From an uncultured Gemmatimonadales bacterium (GTDB lineage Bacteria; Gemmatimonadota; Gemmatimonadetes; Gemmatimonadales; GWC2-71-9), in NCBI GenBank assembly GCA_963795085.1, contig CAWCFX010000004.1, forward strand, positions 448,001 through 512,000: 64,000 bases of DNA. Reading direction: 5' to 3'. Shown piece by piece: positions 56,525-64,000 of this stretch (positions within the stretch are counted from its first letter, which is position 1; every line of letters starts with the position of its first letter). The notes under the pieces were generated by a model. The model searched no databases. It had not been told where the DNA came from and worked only from the letters and a program-made list of their open reading frames with translations. Both the position numbers and the translations under genes were made by a program.

Positions 56525-57286
56525 TCAAAACCCGATGGACACCCCGGTGTGCAGTGTCGTGTCCAGCGATTCGATCCCGTCCGGCGGCCGGCTGTCGTAA
56601 CGAAGATCGAAGCGAACGGACATCGCAATCTCGCGGGTGATGCCCACCGCCAGCTGCAGGTTCTCCAGGATCCGGAGGTCTCCGGGATGGACGATCCATG
56701 GCTGCACGTAGGTTGTCATGGAGAGGGATAAATGCTCACCCGAACTGGCCCGGAGGGAAATGTAGTTACTGAGCCTAGCGACATTTGTGCGGGCCGGGTG
56801 GGTCGCGGCCGGGGGCAGCTCCAGCCGCTCGTGTTCCATCATGATGGAACTGCCTGCCCACGCGCCATTGGGGCCCCGGTCCAGCAGCCGGACCCGGAGG
56901 CCGGTGCCCAGAAGGCCGCGAAAGTCTATCAGGCGCGGCTTGTCGTAATTGACCTGGCCGTACCATTCCCAGGCCAGCCGCGGCGTCAGCGGGTAGCTCT
57001 GCCTAAGATGGGCGAGCCCGGTGCTGGTGAACTGCTGCCCCTTGAGCAGCCCCAGGGTCGCTTCGCCCACCAGGAAGGTGGTCAGCCGCCGCCCGGGGAT
57101 GTCCACCCTGCCGCGAAGGCCCAGGTCAACCAGTTCGACGTTTCCAGTCTTGACCGCCAGGTCCGCGCCCAGCGTGCCGGAAACGCCGGAGTCAGCGGGC
57201 ACCGGCCGAAGGCTCTCGGTGTTGACCTGCGCCAGAAGCGGGGAACAGTTGAGCCCGAGGAGAACAACGAGAAATCGGAAGGACAT
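56525..57286 (-). CDS. DUF481-like outer-membrane beta-barrel protein
   Basis: Signal peptide ending AQVNTESLR, amphipathic beta-strands, C-terminal F. Confidence 0.65.
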   Translation of the reverse strand: MSFRFLVVLLGLNCSPLLAQVNTESLRPVPADSGVSGTLGADLAVKTGNVELVDLGLRGRVDIPGRRLTTFLVGEATLGLLKGQQFTSTGLAHLRQSYPLTPRLAWEWYGQVNYDKPRLIDFRGLLGTGLRVRLLDRGPNGAWAGSSIMMEHERLELPPAATHPARTNVARLSNYISLRASSGEHLSLSMTTYVQPWIVHPGDLRILENLQLAVGITREIAMSVRFDLRYDSRPPDGIESLDTTLHTGVSIGF

Positions 57287-57345
57287 CTTCGGACAATAGA
57301 CGCGGCGGGATGAATGCTCAAGAACTACGTCTCACCTCTCACTTC

Positions 57346-58947
57346 TCACCCGTACACCTCCACCCGGTCCCGCCCGCTCGACTTGGCGCGGTACAGCGCC
57401 TTGTCCGCCGCCGCCACGATCGAGCTGGCGGTGCTGCAGTCCGCCGGGCAGGTCGCTACCCCGATGCTTACCCGGATCGGGATCTCCTGGCCTTCCCGGG
57501 TGGTGGCGGGCCGTCCGATCAGCGCCTCCCGGAGCTTGCCCGCGAGGGTGACGGCGCCATCACGCTGGCAGCGGCGCAGGATCATCCCGATCTCCTCGCC
57601 ACCGTAGCGGCCGATGATGTCGCTGGCCCGCACCGTGGCCTGGAAAATCCGCGCAAGGTGGAGCAGCACCTGGTCGCCGGCCAGGTGGCCGTGGGTGTCG
57701 TTGACCCGCTTGAAGTGGTCCACGTCGATCATCAGGAACGAGAACGGCTCCTGGTGCCGCCGCGCGTACTCCACCGCGTGTTCGAGCTCGGCCATCAGCG
57801 TCGCGTGGTTGAGCAGCCCGGTCAGCCCGTCCCGGTGGACCATCTCGCGCACCCGGCGCCCCCGTTCCGCCCGGTTGATCACCAGCTGCAGCAGCAACTC
57901 CGGATCTACCGGCATCGGAAGGATATGGTCCGCGCCGGCCCGCAGCGCCTCGATCTGGTCGCTGGTAGTCCGGTCGTTGGCGAGGAACACGATCGGCAGC
58001 AGCGCGAACCTGGGGTCCTGCCGCACCAGCCGAGCCAGCGTGAACCCGTCCATCCCGCGCAGGTGGGCATCCAGCAGGAGCAGGTCGGGCAGGTCCCGCA
58101 CCAGGGTTTCCCGCGCCTGCATGGGATCCTGGCAATGGCTCACCAGGATGTTGGCTCGGGACAGGATGGCGGCGATCGACTCGGCATCCTCGTCCTTCTC
58201 CATCACCAGCAGGACGCTGGACGGGGGGGTCCCGATCCGGGCCAGGGTCTTGGCGTAGACCGGCAAGTCGTGGCCGACCCGGTCCAGCGGCAGGATCGTA
58301 TCGATGCCCGCCGCCACCGCGCGAAGCCGGTCGCTGTCCCCCGTCGGGTCCACCAGCACAATGCTCCGGGGCCGCAGCGGCCGCCGCCCCGACAGCGCGG
58401 CCGCCGTCGCGTACGGATCGGAGTGGGCTTGCCCGCCGACCACCACCACCATGTCCGGCGTGTCCGACACCGCCAGCAGCGGCGGGTCGCTGACCGGAGT
58501 CGTCTCCACCTGGTACCCCACGCCCCGCAACACTTCTTCCAGCTGGCTGGTGACCGGTCCCGGGTTGCCGAAGATCAGCGCCGTCCACCGGAACCCGGAG
58601 GGTGGCACCGCGGTGGATCCCGGGGTGAGCCCGTTGCCCGACTGGTTGAAGCAGGCCGCCAGCCGGTCGATCGCATCGTCCAGCCGGCCCGCATCGCCCG
58701 CCGAGGGCGGCGGATCGGTCTTGAGCCACCGTTCCATCGTCTGCCCGATTTCGCTCACCTCGGGAAAGCCGTAGCTGCCTCCCGATCCCGCCAGCCGGTG
58801 AAACAGGATGATGAGGGACTTGATGGCGTCGGGTTCCCCCGCCCGAAAGGCGGCCACGTCCTTCCGGAGCTCGGCCATCCGGGTCGGTGAATCCGCCACG
58901 TATTCCCGGCGAAGCTGGGCCAGCACCTGTGCCAGATCCTCGCTCAC
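57346..58947 (-). CDS. Hpt-REC-REC-GGDEF diguanylate cyclase
   Basis: Hpt HRLAGSGG, REC PDLLLLD, then DGLTGLLN, IDVDHFKRVNDTHGH, RASD I-site and RYGGEEI. GTG start with GGAGG SD overlaps the upstream stop. Confidence 0.9.
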   Translation of the reverse strand: MSEDLAQVLAQLRREYVADSPTRMAELRKDVAAFRAGEPDAIKSLIILFHRLAGSGGSYGFPEVSEIGQTMERWLKTDPPPSAGDAGRLDDAIDRLAACFNQSGNGLTPGSTAVPPSGFRWTALIFGNPGPVTSQLEEVLRGVGYQVETTPVSDPPLLAVSDTPDMVVVVGGQAHSDPYATAAALSGRRPLRPRSIVLVDPTGDSDRLRAVAAGIDTILPLDRVGHDLPVYAKTLARIGTPPSSVLLVMEKDEDAESIAAILSRANILVSHCQDPMQARETLVRDLPDLLLLDAHLRGMDGFTLARLVRQDPRFALLPIVFLANDRTTSDQIEALRAGADHILPMPVDPELLLQLVINRAERGRRVREMVHRDGLTGLLNHATLMAELEHAVEYARRHQEPFSFLMIDVDHFKRVNDTHGHLAGDQVLLHLARIFQATVRASDIIGRYGGEEIGMILRRCQRDGAVTLAGKLREALIGRPATTREGQEIPIRVSIGVATCPADCSTASSIVAAADKALYRAKSSGRDRVEVYG

Positions 58948-59624
58948 CGCGGCCTCCACGAATTGAGCGTCCGCGCCGCCGCCGCGACGAACGCGGGAGA
59001 TACGCTCCAGTGGCCCCGCACCTCGCGGCCATTCCGCGAACCGATCAGGGCGGTCGTGCCGTCAATGACCGCGATGAGGGGATCTCCCGGCCAGACCAGG
59101 GCGGTCACCGCCGCCACCGGCGCGAAATCGAGGGTTACCGGCGAGGTGGACAGCAGGGTCAGCGGCAGGTTGGCCGCGGCCACCCGGCGCAACGTGGGGG
59201 CCAGGATGGGGTAGGCATCGGGTGGGAGGAGCAGGGCCACGCTGGACTGGGCCCGGGTAATTTCGTGGGTGATCACCTGCAGCGCCCCGCGCGGCGAGTT
59301 GATGTCCACCAGGGTGGGGCTTTCCTGCCCGCCAAAACTCGCCAGTGCTTCGTTGAGCCGCTCGAGCTCCTGCCCCTGGCGGTTGGTGATCCGGGCCAGC
59401 AGCGCGCGTGGCGACTCCGCCCGGTACCGCTTGGGCCGGTCTCCCTCCACCAGTGCGGCGCCCTTGGTGACCAGGCCTTCGAGCGCACCATAGGTATTGG
59501 CCCGGGCCAGGCCCGCCGCCTGGGCGATGGCGTAACCGGTCCCCTCGCCCGACTCGAGCAGGACCTGGTAGACCCTGCTCTCGGTGGGCGTGAATCCAAA
59601 GGGCGTAAGATCGATTGCGGACAT
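58944..59624 (-). CDS. TrmB-family transcriptional regulator
   Basis: GFTPTESRVYQVLL...GTGYAIAQAAGLARANTYGALEGLVTKG...PKRYRAESP. Confidence 0.85.
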   Translation of the reverse strand: MSAIDLTPFGFTPTESRVYQVLLESGEGTGYAIAQAAGLARANTYGALEGLVTKGAALVEGDRPKRYRAESPRALLARITNRQGQELERLNEALASFGGQESPTLVDINSPRGALQVITHEITRAQSSVALLLPPDAYPILAPTLRRVAAANLPLTLLSTSPVTLDFAPVAAVTALVWPGDPLIAVIDGTTALIGSRNGREVRGHWSVSPAFVAAAARTLNSWRPR

Positions 59625-59661
59625 CCTGCTTTCGGTTGGAAGCGGAGAGTGCCCCGAACTC

Positions 59662-60816
59662 CTACCGTGTCTCGGTGGTCCACCCGAGCAGCGTGGCGAT
59701 CAGCGCCAGGCGGAACGTAACGTCGACCTGCCGGCTTTCCGTGTGCTTGCTGGATTCGGCTTCCAGCGGGAAGTAATGATAGGCGGCCCGGTTCTGCAGC
59801 TTGGGCTGAGACCGCAGGTTCTTGGGGTGCCAGACCCCGCTCTCGTCACAGTCCTTGAGCAGCCGGGTGAGCACCCGGGTTGCGACCGGCGCTGTGTGCA
59901 AGGCCCCGATCCGGGCGAGCAGCTCGATGAAATGCAGCGCCAGGGGAATATCCTTGGCATTGCCTTTGGCATCGGCGTCGATCGGATCCCCGAGCAACAG
60001 GTGCTGGGGTTTGAGCGCCTTTTTCCCGACCTGGACGACATAGGCCTTCTTGGGCGCCGGCTGCGCCAGGTAGTGCCCCAGGCGCTCGGTAAACCCGGCC
60101 CGCTCCCGCTGAAGATTGGGCATCGCGGCGATGGTCGCCACGGAATACCAGGTGGGCGGCGTCGCCTCCGGGTGGAGCACGGTCTTGCTGCCGCTTCGGA
60201 CAAACGGCTTCTCGGCAAGGGGGCTCCGCAGGAAATGGGAAACCTCGTTGGCTATCTTGTGCGCCGCGCCCCGCACCCGCGGATCCTCCAGATGCCCCGA
60301 CTCCGCCAGCGCCGCCGTGGCTGCTTCGCGGATCGAGTTCCTCGCCCACTCGCGCGCCAGCGGCTCGGCTTTCACCAGCTTCTGGAACTCGAAGAGCAGG
60401 GCCGGGTCTTCGTCCCGTGAAAGCAGCCGAAACAACATCCGCTCGGTCAGCCGATAGGGACGGGTATCGCGCGGATAGCCGAGTTGCACCAGCCGCCGGT
60501 ACTGCGGCACGGTCCCGACGTCCTTGATGCCGGCGGCCGCGCTCGGCGCCAGGCCCAGCAGGTTGGCGGACCAGACCCCGGTCTCTTTCTGCTTCTTGAG
60601 AACCAGCGCGGCGGCCTTGGACTCGACCACGGCGGCCTGGGCAGTCGCAATGTCCTCGGCGCTGACCGATCCGCCAGGGGCCAGCTCGGCCAAGGTGCGG
60701 TAGCGGACGGTCTCACAGCCCTTTTCCAGGAGCCACGAGATCGGAACGCTGTGATGGCTAGGGAGATCCAGAAGCACTCCTCTGTCAGGGGAGGCCAAGG
60801 CTGCAAACGGCGGCAA
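59662..60816 (-). CDS. Conserved-looking hypothetical protein (mostly alpha-helical)
   Basis: 384 aa ORF with coding-like composition, co-oriented with the TrmB/DGC genes. The start is uncertain. Confidence 0.75.
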   Translation of the reverse strand: MPPFAALASPDRGVLLDLPSHHSVPISWLLEKGCETVRYRTLAELAPGGSVSAEDIATAQAAVVESKAAALVLKKQKETGVWSANLLGLAPSAAAGIKDVGTVPQYRRLVQLGYPRDTRPYRLTERMLFRLLSRDEDPALLFEFQKLVKAEPLAREWARNSIREAATAALAESGHLEDPRVRGAAHKIANEVSHFLRSPLAEKPFVRSGSKTVLHPEATPPTWYSVATIAAMPNLQRERAGFTERLGHYLAQPAPKKAYVVQVGKKALKPQHLLLGDPIDADAKGNAKDIPLALHFIELLARIGALHTAPVATRVLTRLLKDCDESGVWHPKNLRSQPKLQNRAAYHYFPLEAESSKHTESRQVDVTFRLALIATLLGWTTETR

Positions 60817-60951
60817 AAATACACCGGATAGAGCCGAGCTACTAGGGGCTGGGACGGAAAAGCGTTAAAAAGTAGGGATTTACGACCCCGATGTTTCATA
60901 TGGCGACGTAAAGGTCGATCACCGGGGCCGGATCAGGCTCACGGGGCTGAT

Positions 60952-62583
60952 TCAACGCAGTCGTTGCTCCCCCGCCGCCCTGAACTCCGACCCCTCGGAC
61001 CAGGTTGGCGGGGCCGCCGTTTCGGCGATCAGCATGGCAGTCCGCAGCACGACTTTGATCTGCTGGACGGCCCCGGCCATGGTGAACCAGTCCAGCATTT
61101 CGTCCGCCGCCTGGTGATACCGGGCCTGGTTGTACTCCTCCTTCCGCGCCCGCCCCCAGCCCTCCTCCCGGCCCAGGTACATATCGCCGGGTTCGACCGA
61201 GAGGCTGGGTACCCCGGCCCGTGCGAACGGGAAGTGATCCGATCGAAAGAACGATCCCCGGATCAGCGCTCCGGAATCCACCGTCACCCGAAGGCCCTCC
61301 GCGGCGGCGGCCCGCCGGAACACGGTGCCCAGCGAACTGTGCTCGGTGCCCAGGGCGGACACGTCCCGGGTCGGGCCGTAGAGGTTCATCACATCCATGT
61401 TCAGCATGGCGGCAACCCGCTGGAATGGTACCGAGGGCCGGGCTGCGTAGGCCTGGGAGCCAATCAATCCCGATTCTTCGGCGGCGATCGCCATGAAAAC
61501 GATGGAGCGTCCCGGCCGCACGCCACTCCGCGCGAAGGCCTCCGCGGCGGCCAGTACCGCGGCGGTGCCGCTCGCGTTGTCCTCGGCGCCGTTGTAGATC
61601 GAGTCGCCGTTGACCGGCGCGCGAACGCCGAGGTGGTCGTAGTGGCCACCAATGATGACCACCTCGTCCGCCCGCGGCCCCCGGCCGGGGTACTTCGCAG
61701 CCACGTTATGGGTGGCCGACCGGCGAATCTCGCTTCTCACCCGGGCTTCCACGGAAACATTGAGGGCCACCGGCCTGAATCCCTGGCGTACCGCGCTCGC
61801 GGTCAGCCCGGCCAGGTCCTGCCCAGCGCGGCGCGCGAGATTCGCGGCTGCGGCTTCGCTGAGCCACCCGGCCACCACCAGGGAACTGGCCGGGGTCTCC
61901 AGCCGGACCTGGGGTCCGGTCCAGGATCCCGTCACGGTTGCCCAGCCGTAGGTCGCGCTCTCCGGCGTGTGCACCAGCAGTACGCCGGCGGCTCCCTGCC
62001 GGGCGGCCTCTTCCAGCTTGTAGGTCCACCGGCCGTAATAGGTGAGCGCCCGCCCCTTGAAAATCGTCGAGTCGCGCAGGCCGGGATCGTTGACGAGCAG
62101 CAGGACGACCTTTCCCCTGACGTCCAGGCCTGCGTAGTCATTCCACCCGTACTCGGGCGCCACGATGCCGTACCCCGCGAACACGACCTCACCCCGGGTT
62201 TCGACCTCGGGTTCGTTGCGCATGGACCAGAGCACGAAGTCGTCCCGGTAGCTGAGCGGCTGGCCCTCGCCGGCCAGCCGCAGCACCGGGTCGGGGGTCA
62301 ACGAGATGATGGGGACCCGGTGATACCAGGTGCCGCTGTCGCCCGCGGGTTCCAGGCCCAGCCGGGTGAACTGGGAAGCGATGTACCGCGCCGCCAGCTC
62401 ACCGCCCCGGGTGCCGGGCGCCCGTCCCTCGAGCAGGTCGTCGGAGAGGAACTCCAGGTGGGCACGGAGCGCGCTGGAGTCCACCGCCCGTGCCACCCGC
62501 GTGGCTGCGGACGGGCCTTGCTGAGCCACCAGCCCATTCGCCGCCAGGGCCAGCGCCGTTAACGCGATCAATGTTCTGCGCAT
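60952..62583 (-). CDS. M28-family aminopeptidase with PA domain
   Basis: Start reassigned to ATG 62583 (signal peptide). LSDDLLEGRAPGTRG, GHYDHLG, GAEDNASG, AEESGL, NMD, RSDH, YHQ. Confidence 0.92.
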   Translation of the reverse strand: MRRTLIALTALALAANGLVAQQGPSAATRVARAVDSSALRAHLEFLSDDLLEGRAPGTRGGELAARYIASQFTRLGLEPAGDSGTWYHRVPIISLTPDPVLRLAGEGQPLSYRDDFVLWSMRNEPEVETRGEVVFAGYGIVAPEYGWNDYAGLDVRGKVVLLLVNDPGLRDSTIFKGRALTYYGRWTYKLEEAARQGAAGVLLVHTPESATYGWATVTGSWTGPQVRLETPASSLVVAGWLSEAAAANLARRAGQDLAGLTASAVRQGFRPVALNVSVEARVRSEIRRSATHNVAAKYPGRGPRADEVVIIGGHYDHLGVRAPVNGDSIYNGAEDNASGTAAVLAAAEAFARSGVRPGRSIVFMAIAAEESGLIGSQAYAARPSVPFQRVAAMLNMDVMNLYGPTRDVSALGTEHSSLGTVFRRAAAAEGLRVTVDSGALIRGSFFRSDHFPFARAGVPSLSVEPGDMYLGREEGWGRARKEEYNQARYHQAADEMLDWFTMAGAVQQIKVVLRTAMLIAETAAPPTWSEGSEFRAAGEQRLR

Positions 62584-62618
62584 CTCGTTCCGCCTCCAGG
62601 AGGTCCTGCCAGGTTGAT

Positions 62619-64000
62619 TCAATCCCGCCTAAAGCGCGACCCAGGCGCCCACGCGGGGCGGTCTGCCGCGCTGGCCACGTCCAGGGCCATTCGGGCCACG
62701 ACCCGGGCCTGCTGCATCGCGCCCGCCATGCTGAAAGTACTGTCCATCTGGTCGGCCGGCTGGTGATACCGCTCGGCGAAGTACCGGTTCCACTGGTCCA
62801 GCGCCCAGGCGGGACTTCGTCCGACGAAGCTCCAGCCCAGGAACACGAACACGGCGGGGACCCCGGCCCGGGCAAAGGGGAGCTGGTCCGAGCGGAGGAA
62901 AAAGGCCTCGATGGAGTCCGGCTGGGAAGCCGGTACCAGCAACCCTTCTGCCCGGGCCGCCCGCCGAAATGAACCGTCCAGCGAGGATTCCCGGAGACCC
63001 AGCGCAGAGGCATCCCGGGTCGCGCCATGCAGGTTGGCCGCGTCCAGGTTGATCATCGCGGCCACCGAAGCCAGCGGCACCGGCGGCCGCGCCACAAAGG
63101 CTTCCGCCCCTACCAGCCCGATCTCTTCGGCATCGAATCCAACGAACAACAGGGACCGCGATGGCGAAACCCCGCTTCTGGCGAACGCCTCGGCGAGGGC
63201 CAGCAGCTGAGCCGTACCGCCGGCGTTATCCTCGGCGCCGTTGTAGATCGAGTCGCCGTTCACGGCAGGACCGATCCCCAGGTGATCGTAGTGCGCGCCA
63301 ATGACGACAACCTGGTCTGCCAGAGGCCCCGATCCCGCGAGCCGGCCCGCCACGTTTCGGCCATTGATGGTCCGAACCTGGTTGGTGACGGTCCCCTGCA
63401 CCGGGACTCCCAGCCGGATCGGGCCGGTCATCCCCGCCCGGCTCATCGCGATCGCCTGGTCAAGTGTATGGCCCGCGGCGCCGAGCAGCCGCTCTCCCCC
63501 GGTGGCACTGAGCCAGCCGGAGACAGCCGCGTCGTTCGGCGCCGCCCCCGCGCCTGGCATGTCGCTGGTGACCTGCTCCTGGCTCCAGTACTGCTGGATC
63601 TCGTGCCAATCGAATCCGGCGATATCCCGCCGATGGATCACCAGAGTGGCAAGGGCGCCATGGCGAGCCGCCACCATGGTCTTGTAGGCCCGGCTGTCGG
63701 CCTCGTCCGGGAGCTTCGCCGGCGGAACCCCCGGCGGCAATCCCGCCAGGACGACGACCACTTTTCCGCTGACATCCTGACCCCGGTAGTCGTCCCACAC
63801 CGCCGAGGATATCCCATACCCGGCGAAGACGGCCTCGTTTCGGAAATGGGCCTCTTCTCCGGCGGCTACGGTCGTGAGCAACTGTTCGGTTCCGTAATGA
63901 AGACTGTCGGAGCCGATGACCACCGTGGAGGCGATGTTGCGGACGATGCGAAACCTGAAATGGTGAAACCAGGTCCCGTCGTCACCTGCCGGACGCAGTC
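62619..64000 (-). CDS. Second M28-family aminopeptidase, 5'-truncated by the window edge
   Basis: The frame is open to the edge (LRPAGDDGTWFH...). GAHYDHLG, GAEDNAGG, AEEIGL, NLD, RSDQ, YHQPAD. Confidence 0.9.
   Translation of the reverse strand, partial: LRPAGDDGTWFHHFRFRIVRNIASTVVIGSDSLHYGTEQLLTTVAAGEEAHFRNEAVFAGYGISSAVWDDYRGQDVSGKVVVVLAGLPPGVPPAKLPDEADSRAYKTMVAARHGALATLVIHRRDIAGFDWHEIQQYWSQEQVTSDMPGAGAAPNDAAVSGWLSATGGERLLGAAGHTLDQAIAMSRAGMTGPIRLGVPVQGTVTNQVRTINGRNVAGRLAGSGPLADQVVVIGAHYDHLGIGPAVNGDSIYNGAEDNAGGTAQLLALAEAFARSGVSPSRSLLFVGFDAEEIGLVGAEAFVARPPVPLASVAAMINLDAANLHGATRDASALGLRESSLDGSFRRAARAEGLLVPASQPDSIEAFFLRSDQLPFARAGVPAVFVFLGWSFVGRSPAWALDQWNRYFAERYHQPADQMDSTFSMAGAMQQARVVARMALDVASAADRPAWAPGSRFRRD

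Noticed and set aside
60817..60951. AT-richer intergenic segment as a possible ncRNA
   Set aside because: No recognisable RNA motif or strong stem. It is compatible with an ordinary promoter region.
60952..64000. Tandem M28 peptidases as a novel system
   Set aside because: Paralogous M28/PA peptidases in tandem are unremarkable, and the second gene is truncated by the window.

Overview
GC-rich bacterial DNA, most likely Gemmatimonadota. That assignment is an inference from gene content and style and was not verified. The main feature is a ~36.7 kb co-oriented array (14249-50938) of 13 Hanks-type Ser/Thr kinase genes. Their N-terminal kinase domains are closely related and their C-terminal modules vary: 9 TolB/PD40-like beta-propellers, 3 TolB-N-like+TPR and 1 alpha/beta-hydrolase. 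Three things interrupt the array: an SBP56-like lipoprotein gene, a vapBC-type toxin-antitoxin pair with its own promoter, and an inverted intradiol-dioxygenase-like gene. Three junctions carry a ~220 bp element made of a long inverted repeat flanked by a direct duplication of the kinase 5' end, and each encodes a 71-74 aa 'false-start' ORF coupled to the genes on both sides. Every other gap ahead of a kinase, except the 1-nt gap before K3, contains a short ORF whose stop overlaps the next start. Neighbouring kinases share near-identical DNA patches while carrying different sensor domains, which points to domain shuffling. The left flank holds a partial cyclic beta-1,2-glucan synthase, an alkaline-phosphatase-superfamily protein, two multicopper oxidases with permuted copper-motif order, and gltS. 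The right flank holds a frameshifted BNR-repeat gene, a serine hydrolase, an sdpR/sdpI-like operon, DUF481, an Hpt-REC-GGDEF protein, a TrmB regulator and two M28 peptidases. No rRNA, tRNA, CRISPR, integrase, transposase or reverse transcriptase was seen.
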